This document shows, piece after piece, positions 48,893-58,195 of a stretch of 64,000 nucleotides of DNA. Positions within the stretch are counted from its first letter, which is position 1. Every line of letters begins with the position of its first letter. Below the pieces are notes generated by a model. The model did not search any database and was not told where the DNA came from. It saw only the letters and a list, made by a program, of their open reading frames with translations. Origin of the DNA: an archaeon (GTDB taxonomy: Archaea > Nanobdellota > Nanobdellia > Pacearchaeales > GW2011-AR1). Both the position numbers and the translations under genes were made by a program. Where the stretch lies: NCBI GenBank assembly GCA_024278335.1, contig JAJRTJ010000001.1, positions 94,020 through 158,019 on the forward strand, written 5' to 3'.

Positions 48893-49168
48893 TTCATTAT
48901 GTCCAAATTGAAAAATTAAATCAATTTCTTTTTCAATACTCTTTCCCAGCAAAGGAGTATCGCAGGCCCCATAACAGCTTCCAAACCAAATTAAAAATTC
49001 TGCACCTGTTTTATCTCCCAAATAATCTACAACAGAAGTTGCATAAGGCTTTAATCCATCAGGAAACTGAAGCAAAACCAACTTTGCATTTTTCTTATTA
49101 ATTTCTCTCACAACTCTATCTAATTCTAAATCATATAATTCATCAAGATGTTTCAAATCATTCTCCAT
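48875..49168 (-). CDS. Stand-alone N-terminal domain of diphthamide biosynthesis protein Dph2
   Basis: VLLQFPDGLK and SCYGACD motifs. Only 97 aa, with a clean stop. Confidence 0.8.
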   Translation of the reverse strand: MENDLKHLDELYDLELDRVVREINKKNAKLVLLQFPDGLKPYATSVVDYLGDKTGAEFLIWFGSCYGACDTPLLGKSIEKEIDLIFQFGHNELIQGY

Positions 49169-49366
49169 TTATAATTCCTCCATAAGTTTTCTTCGCAAAA
49201 AAGCAGAAACATGTTCATCAGAAAAATCAGGAACATTTTCATTTGAATTCACCTGGGACATTGGATAACAAGCTAAAAAATCAAATTCTCCCGGAAAAGC
49301 AACTGGTTCAACAAAAATCCTCAAACAAGCCCTTTCAGAGTGTGGGGTTCCAATATAAATTTTCAT
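49169..49366 (-). CDS. Small hypothetical protein
   Basis: 65 aa, stop abuts the Dph2-N ATG. Confidence 0.45.
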   Translation of the reverse strand: MKIYIGTPHSERACLRIFVEPVAFPGEFDFLACYPMSQVNSNENVPDFSDEHVSAFLRRKLMEEL

Positions 49367-49491
49367 TAAGAAACAGAGAATTAGCCAAATATAAAACTTT
49401 GCATTAATCTGTTACCAAACAAAATTTTTCTTATCGTCTGTTGAAATCTCTTAAAAACAAGCTTTAAAAATACTTTAGTGCTTCAAAAGAT

Positions 49492-51246
49492 ATGACTAAG
49501 ATTAGACAGCCAATTGTAACAGTTTGCGGTCATGTTGACCATGGAAAAACATCAATCCTTGATTGTCTTAGAGGCTCTTGTATTCAAAAACAAGAAGCAG
49601 GGGGAATAACTCAAAAAATCTCTTTTACACTATATCCAACAACTCAGCTCAAACAAGCCTGTCCTTTAATTGAAAGTTCTGGTATAAAACTCAATATTCC
49701 AGGATTTCTTTTAATAGACACACCCGGACATGCTGCATTTACAAATTTAAGAAAAAGAGGAGGCTCTTTGGCAGATTTAGCAGTCTTAGTTATTGATATT
49801 ACTGAAGGAATAAAACCCCAAACAGCAGAAGTAATTCAAATTTTAAAATTAAATAAAACTCCATTTATAATTGCATTAAATAAGATAGATAAAATCTCTG
49901 GATGGAGAACAGATAAAGAAATTTCATTAAAGCAATCTATTGAATCTCAAGCCCAGCATGTCCAGCAAAGATTTCAAGAGCTTTATATGACTCTTATTGG
50001 CTCTTTAAACTCACATGGTTTTGACGCAGATTTATTTTACAATATCAAAGACTTTACTCAAAAAATAGCCCTTATTCCAACTTCTGCAGAAACAAAGCAA
50101 GGAATACCAGAATTAATAATGATGCTCTGCGGATTAAGCCAAAAATATCTTGAAAACAAGCTCAAACTAGGGAAAGAGGCAAAAGGGGTAGTTCTTGAAG
50201 TTAAAAAAGAAAAATCAATGAATTATGCTGAAGCTATTCTTTACGACGGAACACTTTCAAAAAAAGATGAAATAGCAATTTCAGATTTTCAAGGAAACCC
50301 AATAATCAGCAAAATAAGAATTTTAGAAGAAATCCAGCCCCTTTGCGCAAGATTTGCCCCAAAAGAAAAAGTAGAAGCATCAACAGGATTAAGACTTCAA
50401 TTAATAACTAAAGAAGAAATTCCTGCAGGAATGCCTTTTGTTATCTATAAAAACAACCTTGAAGAAATAAAAAAAGAATTTAAAAAACAAGTCTCTGAGA
50501 CACTCTCTTCTTTTTTATCCAAACAAGGAATCATCGCAAAGGCAGACTCTTTAGGAAGTTTAGAAGCTTTGCTGGTGTTGTTAAAGCAAAGCAATATTCC
50601 AGTTCTTAAAGCAGGAATTGGAAAAATAAATAAAACAGACATAATTTCAGCCAAAGCAAATCTTGACATAAATGAATTAGACGCACTTATTGTTGGATTT
50701 AATGTAGAGCCAAACCAAGAAGCTAAAGAGCTGTTGGCAAGCTATGGAGAAAAATCAAAAATAAAAATCTTGACAGGAGAAGTGATTTATAAATTAATTG
50801 AAGACTTGGCAGAAATCAGAGAAAAAAGAAAAAGAGAAATAGAAAAACAAAGAATTATGGCTCTTAGCACTATTGCAAAAATAGAAATCTTGCATGAATA
50901 TGTTTTTAGAAACACAAATCCAACTATTTTTGGAGTTAGAATCATAGCAGGCAAATTAAAACAAAATTTAATGCTAATAAATAAACAAGGAGAAAAAGTT
51001 GGTAAAACAAAAGCAATCCAGTTAGACAAAAAGCCGGTTGAAGAAGCAACTGAAGGCCAGGAAGTTGCACTTTCTGTTTCTGGAACAAATTATGAAAGAC
51101 AGCTTAAAGACAAAAAATATCTTTACACAGATTTAGGAGAGTCTGCATTTAAAGAATTTAAAGAAAATAAAGACCTCTTAACAGAAACTGAAAAAAAAGC
51201 TCTTGCAGAAATCGCAGATATTAAAAGAAAATTAAACCCTGATTAG
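49492..51246 (+). CDS. infB: Translation initiation factor aIF5B
   Basis: RQPIVTVCGHVDHGKT, ITQ, DTPGH, NKID, ADSLGSLEAL. Confidence 0.96.
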   Translation: MTKIRQPIVTVCGHVDHGKTSILDCLRGSCIQKQEAGGITQKISFTLYPTTQLKQACPLIESSGIKLNIPGFLLIDTPGHAAFTNLRKRGGSLADLAVLVIDITEGIKPQTAEVIQILKLNKTPFIIALNKIDKISGWRTDKEISLKQSIESQAQHVQQRFQELYMTLIGSLNSHGFDADLFYNIKDFTQKIALIPTSAETKQGIPELIMMLCGLSQKYLENKLKLGKEAKGVVLEVKKEKSMNYAEAILYDGTLSKKDEIAISDFQGNPIISKIRILEEIQPLCARFAPKEKVEASTGLRLQLITKEEIPAGMPFVIYKNNLEEIKKEFKKQVSETLSSFLSKQGIIAKADSLGSLEALLVLLKQSNIPVLKAGIGKINKTDIISAKANLDINELDALIVGFNVEPNQEAKELLASYGEKSKIKILTGEVIYKLIEDLAEIREKRKREIEKQRIMALSTIAKIEILHEYVFRNTNPTIFGVRIIAGKLKQNLMLINKQGEKVGKTKAIQLDKKPVEEATEGQEVALSVSGTNYERQLKDKKYLYTDLGESAFKEFKENKDLLTETEKKALAEIADIKRKLNPD

Positions 51247-51310
51247 GGAATCTAAGTTCTCGCTAATTCATCAGAGATAAACTAAAGAAAATCCGGAATT
51301 GGGAGTTTAA
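51229..51310 (+). repeat. Recoded duplication of the aIF5B C-terminal codons (KLNPD*GI* / KENPELGV*)
   Basis: 51229-51255 versus 51284-51310, offset 55, 19/27 nt identical. Confidence 0.7.
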
Positions 51311-51440
51311 TTCCCCTAACAAAAAACAACAATTTTAAAAACTATCTCCAAAAACAAATTTTATGATATTAAACCAATTATTAAAACCAATAAAAAGAAT
51401 TTTGAGAATACAGGTGACCAAGAAACTTCCATAACTCAGA

Positions 51441-51713
51441 TTGTCTTCTCCAGGAACAAAAACCTGCACAAAGTCTTGCTTATATTTTAATCCAGCAGGA
51501 AATTCAGACCCTTTAAAAAACACCTGTTTTTTTCTCTCTGCTCTTAAAGAAATACATCCCCCAGAAACAGATTATCAAGCTTTTAAAGGGCAAGGGCCTT
51601 CATTAATTCCTCCTGAAAATAGACCCTGTATTTATGAATTAGAAAAAGGAGAAACACTAAAGTTGGCAAGGCTAAGAATATCATCAAAATTTGGGGTTTT
51701 TAAAACCAAATAA
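51441..51713 (+). CDS. Small Cys-containing hypothetical protein (start uncertain)
   Basis: 90-aa ORF with a TTG start. Confidence 0.35.
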   Translation: MSSPGTKTCTKSCLYFNPAGNSDPLKNTCFFLSALKEIHPPETDYQAFKGQGPSLIPPENRPCIYELEKGETLKLARLRISSKFGVFKTK

Positions 51714-51749
51714 TTTAAAAACCAATTCTTCAATTAATCTATATCAAAA

Positions 51750-52250
51750 ATGGCTTTTAAAATAAATATTTCAGAAAAATCAGGAAAAACTTACAAGTTA
51801 GAAGTAGAAGAAAATATCTTAAATGATAAAAAACTTCACGACAAAATCCAAGGAAATATTTTAAACCCAGATTTAGAAGGATATGAGCTAGAAATTACTG
51901 GAGCAAGCGACAAGTCAGGCTTTACTGCAATGGAAGGAGTTGCAGGAATTGGTTTAAAAAAAGTTCTTTTAGGATATGGAAAAGGAATGAAAAAAAGACC
52001 AAAAAAAGAGGGGAAAAAAGAATACTCCAACAAAACTCCAAAAGGATTAAGACTTAGAAAAACAGTTAGAGGAGAAGTCATTTCTTCTGCAATTGTTCAA
52101 ATAAATCTTAAAGTTCTTAAAGAAGGTTCAAAAAAACTTGAAGAAATCTTCAAAACAAAAGAAGCTTCAAAAGAAGGAGAAGCACCTGCACAAGTAACAC
52201 AGGAAGAAAAACCTGCTGAAGCGCCAAAGCAAGAAGAAGTTAAAAAATAA
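51750..52250 (+). CDS. rps6e: 30S ribosomal protein eS6
   Basis: LEITGASDKSGF...G.R.RKTVRGEVI...QINLKV. Confidence 0.93.
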   Translation: MAFKINISEKSGKTYKLEVEENILNDKKLHDKIQGNILNPDLEGYELEITGASDKSGFTAMEGVAGIGLKKVLLGYGKGMKKRPKKEGKKEYSNKTPKGLRLRKTVRGEVISSAIVQINLKVLKEGSKKLEEIFKTKEASKEGEAPAQVTQEEKPAEAPKQEEVKK

Positions 52251-52315
52251 ACAAATTCTTCGTAAGATAAATTACAACCCAAAACTCTTAAAAACTCTTT
52301 CTTCACTTTATTCAT

Positions 52316-53500
52316 ATGAAAAATCTTCCTGAATTAATTGTAGGAGTTGTAGGCCATATTGACCATGGAAAAACCACTCTTCTTAGTCAGTTGACTGGAA
52401 AATTTACAGACACTCATTCTGAAGAATTAAAAAGAGGAATAACAATTAAGCTCGGTTATGCAGATATCACAATTTCAAAAGATAAAAACACCTTTAATAA
52501 TCAAGGAAAAGGAGAGCCTCAAAGATATGTTTCATTTATAGATGCTCCTGGACATGAAATGCTAATGGCAACAATGCTTTCTGGAGCTGCAATAATTGAC
52601 GCTGCAATTTTAGTTATTGCGGCAAACGAAGGAATAAAGCCCCAGACCCAAGAGCACTTTATGGCTCTGCAGGCAAAAAAAATAAAAAATTTAATAATTG
52701 TCCAAAACAAAATAGACCTTGTCTCAAAAGAGCAGGCTCTTGAAAACTACAAAAAAATAAAAGAATTTGTAAAAGGAAGTTTTGCGCAAGACTCTCCAAT
52801 AATTCCTGTTTCTGCCCAGCAAGGAATTAATATTGACAAGATTCTTGAAGAATTATGCAAAATAAAAATTCCTGAAAGACCAATTAATACTGGCCCAATT
52901 TTTCTTATTGCAAGAAGTTTTGATATCAATAAGCCAGGAAAAGAGATCTCAAAATTAAATGGAGGGATTCTGGGAGGAATTTTAAAACAAGGAAAACTAA
53001 AAACAGGAGATGAAATTGAAATAAAGCCTGGCTTAATTGAAAAAAAGAACAACCAAACTAGCTACCAGCCTCTTACAACAAAAATATTATCTATTTACAA
53101 AGGTTCAAAAAAAGTAAATGAAGTAAAACCAGGAGCAAGTATTGCAATAGAAACATCACTTGACCCAATATTAACAAAAACAGATTCCTTAACAGGTGGG
53201 CTTGTTTCAAAAAAAGGAATCTTGCCTGAGATTAAAAACAAAATAACAATCAAAGCAGAGCTCTTTGAAAACCTTTCTGGAACAGAAGAGCATGAAAAAA
53301 TCCAGTCATTTAAAACAAAAGAAATGTTAATGCTCTCTATAAACACCACAATAACTGTGGGAATAGTTGAAAAAATCTTAAACAAAGAAATAGAGCTTTC
53401 TCTAAACCTTCCAATCGTAGCAATCAAAGGAGACAATCTTGGAATTGCAAGAAACATCAACAACCACTGGAGATTAATCGGCTATGGCGAAATAGTTTAA
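52316..53500 (+). CDS. eif2g: Translation initiation factor aIF2 gamma subunit
   Basis: GHIDHGKTT, HSEELKRGITIKLGY, DAPGHE, NKID, RSFDINKPG, WRLIGYG. Confidence 0.96.
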   Translation: MKNLPELIVGVVGHIDHGKTTLLSQLTGKFTDTHSEELKRGITIKLGYADITISKDKNTFNNQGKGEPQRYVSFIDAPGHEMLMATMLSGAAIIDAAILVIAANEGIKPQTQEHFMALQAKKIKNLIIVQNKIDLVSKEQALENYKKIKEFVKGSFAQDSPIIPVSAQQGINIDKILEELCKIKIPERPINTGPIFLIARSFDINKPGKEISKLNGGILGGILKQGKLKTGDEIEIKPGLIEKKNNQTSYQPLTTKILSIYKGSKKVNEVKPGASIAIETSLDPILTKTDSLTGGLVSKKGILPEIKNKITIKAELFENLSGTEEHEKIQSFKTKEMLMLSINTTITVGIVEKILNKEIELSLNLPIVAIKGDNLGIARNINNHWRLIGYGEIV

Positions 53501-53578
53501 AAGTGAGAAAATTAAAAATAACCAATAACAGCTTTTGAACTATTGGGCAGAGATTATTCAATAGAGAGAAATTAGTTA

Positions 53579-53896
53579 TTAATAACAGCTTTTAAATGAT
53601 TGAGGAGCTTCTCTTTTATTTTTAAAATAATTTATTCCTGGTAAGAGAGAAAGAGCAAGTGCTGTTGCTCCAAACCTATAAGCCCAAGTCTCAAAATATC
53701 CAGAAGTTCCTGTAAAATAAGCTTCTTCATATTTTTCTCCACGAATCCCTGCCTGTCTTGCTCTCCAAGAATCAGTAGCAGACATTCCAGCACAAGCAGA
53801 AAAAAGAGCAAATGTCCCTCCAAGAACCACATTCAAAACAAGTTTCTTTAAGCGTGAATTTCTTCTTGATTGTTTCATGAATTTAAAGGCAAACAA
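53579..53896 (-). CDS. Small membrane protein
   Basis: 105 aa with two hydrophobic segments. Confidence 0.5.
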   Translation of the reverse strand: MFAFKFMKQSRRNSRLKKLVLNVVLGGTFALFSACAGMSATDSWRARQAGIRGEKYEEAYFTGTSGYFETWAYRFGATALALSLLPGINYFKNKREAPQSFKSCY

Positions 53897-53969
53897 GGGT
53901 TTAAAAAATTTTGCAAAATACCTAAAAGTAACAATAAAACTTTATTAACTCAGATTTTTACACAACATA

Positions 53970-54821
53970 ATGGGAAAATATTCACATTCTAAACTTTCAA
54001 CTTTTGAACAATGCCCATTTAGATTTAAACTAAGATATATTGACAAAATAAAGCCAGAAATAGAAAAATCAATTGAAGCCCATCTTGGGACGGCAGTTCA
54101 TGATACATTAGAATGGATTTATCTTAAAGCACAAAAACAAAATCCCCCAAAAATTGATGAAGTAATTGCTTTTTATACTGACTCATGGAAAAAAGATTTC
54201 TCAGAAAATATTGAAATTGTCAAAGACTTAACCCCTGAAGATTATTTTAACAAAGGTGTGCAGTTTCTTCTTAATTATTATCAAAGGCATTTTCCATTTC
54301 AAGATGGAACAATTGAGCTTGAAAAAGAAATCTCAATCAAGCTTGGGCAGAATAAATAGCATCAAATAAGGGGATTTATAGATCGGCTGGTTTTCAACCC
54401 TGCAACACAAGAATATGAAATTCACGACTATAAAACTGCAAACACTCTGCCGACAAAAGAAAAAATAGAACAAGACCGCCAGCTTGCACTTTATTCTATT
54501 GCCATAAAAGAGCAGTTTGGACAAGAAAAAGAAGTAAAACTTGTCTGGCACTACCTTGCTCATGACACGCAAATAGAATCAAAAAAATCAAATCAACAGC
54601 TTGAAGAATTGAAACAAGAAATAATAAACTTAATTGAAAAAATAGAATCAGCTGAAGAATTTCCAAAACAAGAGTCAATTCTCTGCAAGTGGTGTGAATA
54701 CAAAAATCTCTGCAAAGAATTTTCAATACAAGAACAGCAACAAAAAGAAAAACTCTTAAAAGAAAAATTTCCAACAGCAAGTAAATATATTAAAAAAGAA
54801 TTTCACAATATTTTGGAATAA
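53970..54821 (+). CDS. PD-(D/E)XK nuclease (Cas4/AddB-like, Fe-S staple) interrupted by one in-frame TAG at 54357-54359
   Basis: SHSKLSTFEQCP, GTAVH, EK, then after the TAG: GFIDRL, IHDYKT, QLALY, CKWCEYKNLC in the same frame. Confidence 0.85.
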
Positions 54822-54822
54822 A

Positions 54823-57270
54823 TCACTCTTTTTTTTCTGCTTCTTCAACAACTCTTACGACATCACTAACCCTATCCCCTGGTTGGAGTTTGACAATTCT
54901 AACTCCTTGTGCAGCACGGCCCATCACACGAATATTTTTCAATCCAGTTCTAATTACCATTCCTTTGGCAGTTGTAATAATAATGCTGTCTTTATCTGTA
55001 ACTGCCACTGTATTAACAACATTTCCTGTTTTCTAGGAAACCTTTAAATTAATAACTCCTTTTCCAGCACGAGCAGTTTTTCTATAATCTTCAACAGCAG
55101 TTCTTTTTCCATAGCCTTTTTCTGTAACAGTTAAAATATTTGCAGTCCCTAAAACTTCTAAACTCACAACTTCGTCATTTGGTTTTAGCTTTATTCCTGC
55201 CACACCATAACTTGCCCTGCCCATTGCCCGAACATCATCAGCATTAAACCTAATTGCCTGACCTTTTTTTGTCGCCAGAGTAACTTCCTGCCCTTCTTTA
55301 AGAACCTCTACTCCAATTAAATTATCAGAATGGTCTGCCGGAAGATTAATTGCCCGCACTCCTGAAGCACGAGGCTTTGAAAAATGACTTAATGCAATTT
55401 TCTTAACAATTCCTTTTTTAGTTGCCATAAATAAATAATCATCAAAAGATTTAACAGAGATTACACTTGTTACTTCTTCGTTCTTTAATCCAAGCAAATT
55501 AGTCAAAGCCCTTCCTTTGCTGTATCTTTCTGCTTCTGGAATATCATGCGCCTTAAGCCATAAAACTCTTCCCCGAGAAGTAAAAAACATTAAATAATCC
55601 AAAGTAGAACAGCTAATCAACTGCCTTGTAAAATCGTCGGTAGCAAGATTGCTTCCAATAACTCCTTTCCCTCCTCTCCTCTGTTGCCTATAAGATGAAA
55701 CATCCATTCTTTTAACATAACCTTTGTCAGTAATCGTTACAATAACGTCCTTTTTTTGCACAAGGTCTTTCTCAGAAATCTCATTAATTTTCTTTAAAAC
55801 CCGAGTCCTTCTTTCATCTCCATATTTATTCTTTAATTCCTTGACTTCTTTTACAATAATTTTAATAACTTCTTTAATATCTCCAAGAATATTGTCTAAT
55901 TCTTTAATTAACTTCTTCAATTCCTCTTCCTCTTTTTTCAACTTATCAACTTCAAGGGAAGTCAATTGCTGTAACCGGGTTTCCAAGACTGCTTCTGCCT
56001 GCCTTTGGCTTAACTTATATTTTTTCATTAAGCCTTCCATTGCTTCATTTTTAGTCTTGGATTTTTTAATCAAAGAAATAACAGCATCAATGTTTTTTAA
56101 AGCAATTAAAAGCCCTTCAACAAGCTCTTTTCTTTCTTTTGCTTTCTTTAATTCAAATTCAGTTCTTTTTGTAATAATTTTTTTTCTGTATTCAACATAT
56201 TCCTTCAAAACCTGCTTTAATCCAAGAACTTTTGGTTGTCCATTTACAAGAGCCAGAAAATTAACACTAAAAGAATCTTGAAGCCGGGTATATTTATACA
56301 GCGCATTTACAATTAAATCAGGATTTGCACCTTTTCTTAATTCAATTACAATTCTAATCTGGCCTTTAGAAGACTCGTCTCTCAAATCAGAAACGTCCCT
56401 AATTTTTTTATCCCTAACCAATACAGCTATTTGCTCAACCAAAGTAGACTTATTTACCATATAAGGTATTTCAGTAATAACAACTGCATCTTTTTTCTTA
56501 ATTGTCTCTATTTTAGTCTTTCCTCTTAAAATAAGCCTTCCTCTTCCAGTTTCATAAAGTTCTTCCATATCCCCAGAAACACTTCCTCCAGTAGGAAAAT
56601 CAGGACCAGTAATAATCTTTGTAAGTTCCTTTATTTCAATATTTGGTTTATTAACATAAGCAATAATCGCGTCGCAGACCTCTGTTAAATTATGGGGAGG
56701 AATGTTTGTTGCCATTCCTACTGCAATTCCTGTTGCTCCATTAAGCATTAAAGCGGGAAGTTTTCCTGGAAGCAGGCTCGGCTCTTTCAAGGAAGCATCA
56801 TAATTTGGGACAAATTTGACAGTCTCTTTATCAATATCTGCAAGCAACTCGCTTGAAATAGGCATTAATTTGGCTTCTGTATATCTCATTGCTGCGGCCT
56901 CATCTCCGTCAATAGAGCCAAAATTACCTTGTCCAAAAACAAGGGGATATCTTAATGAAAACTCTTGGGCCATACGCACCATTGTTTCATAAACTGCAGA
57001 ATCTCCATGAGGGTGATACTTACCAATCACATCTCCCACAATTCTTGCTGACTTTTTTGTAGAAGTATTTGGCTTTAATCCCATTGCCTGCATTGAATAA
57101 AGAATCCTTCTCTGAACTGGTTTCAAACCATCCTCAATTGCAGGAATTGCCCGAGAAACAATAACACTCATTGCATAATCCAAATAAGCTTTTTTCATTT
57201 CCTCAGACACTTCTGCTTGAATAATCCCTTTCTCTATCTCATTAATTTTGTCTGTTTCTGACGGAGTCAT
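54823..57270 (-). CDS. gyrA: DNA gyrase subunit A, interrupted by one in-frame TAG at 55033-55035
   Basis: [20 protein letters not shown], GyrA-box QRRGGKG. The final blade (...[12 protein letters not shown]) continues in frame after the TAG. Confidence 0.95.
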
Positions 57271-57581
57271 GCTATTTCTTCTCCTTTTTTATCTAAATAT
57301 TCCATAAGCTCGTCTTCTGTGAATTCTTTTTTAACAATATCGGCCCCTTTCCATTTGCATTTATGGCACTCCCACTCTTCTCCCCCTCCTATTTCAGAAT
57401 CTTTTCCACTTAAAACAACCCCCACATCATCACTCCCACATTTTGGACATTCCCTGATTGTAAATGTTTTGCCTTTTTTCTTTTTTCGCACTTTTTTGCC
57501 AGTAGCCTTAGCATATTCTTCAGGAGAATCATATCCTTCCCTTATCCAATCTGGTGTTGATAATTTTGATTTCTTCGCCAT
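57267..57581 (-). CDS. Zinc-ribbon protein
   Basis: CPKCGS...WECHKC, with ATGA coupling to gyrA. Confidence 0.7.
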   Translation of the reverse strand: MAKKSKLSTPDWIREGYDSPEEYAKATGKKVRKKKKGKTFTIRECPKCGSDDVGVVLSGKDSEIGGGEEWECHKCKWKGADIVKKEFTEDELMEYLDKKGEEIA

Positions 57582-57582
57582 T

Positions 57583-58194
57583 TTATAACTTACCCTTTAA
57601 TTCTTTTTTAAATCTTTCAATAAACTGCTCTGCAAAATCATATCTTGCTTTAGCAAGCTCTTGAGCTTTTTTTGTATTAAAATTTTCTGGATTAACTTTT
57701 TTATTTCTCTCTTCAATGTATTTTATTACACTTTCTCCCTCTTCATCATAAAAAGGATGATTATACAAATATGCTGAAGAAAAAGCTCTTGCAATTAATA
57801 TTGCTCCAAGGGAGTCAAGGCGGTCTGCATCTTGAAGAATTTTCGCTTCTTTGGACTCTGCTTTTAATCCCTTGCTAAGACGATGAGTTCTTATTGCGTC
57901 TGTTATTATCTTAATTTTCTCTTCAGAAATATCTTCAAATTCTTTTAAAATTTCTTCAGCCATTTTAGCCCCTTCCTCTGCATGGCATGTTGTCTCATTA
58001 TTCGCTTCTTTTATCCTTGCAATATCATGTAAGAGCGCTGCTATTTTGATTGCATCAATATCCCCTCCTTCACTATCTGCAATTTCAACAGCATTGTTTA
58101 ATACCCTCTCAGTATGCCCAAATTCATGGCTTTCTCCAGTTTTAAAGTAAGGAAGTATTCTTTCTTTTAATAAAATTAAAAAATCTTCTTTCAT
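57583..58194 (-). CDS. HD-domain phosphohydrolase
   Basis: HEFGHTERV, AALLHDI, HA, H, LQDADRLD. Confidence 0.9.
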   Translation of the reverse strand: MKEDFLILLKERILPYFKTGESHEFGHTERVLNNAVEIADSEGGDIDAIKIAALLHDIARIKEANNETTCHAEEGAKMAEEILKEFEDISEEKIKIITDAIRTHRLSKGLKAESKEAKILQDADRLDSLGAILIARAFSSAYLYNHPFYDEEGESVIKYIEERNKKVNPENFNTKKAQELAKARYDFAEQFIERFKKELKGKL

Positions 58195-58195
58195 T

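Noticed and set aside
51250-51280. C/D-box sRNAs at the TGATGA-containing spacers
   Set aside because: There is a C-box-like string but no properly spaced D/D' boxes. It is kept only as a shared motif.
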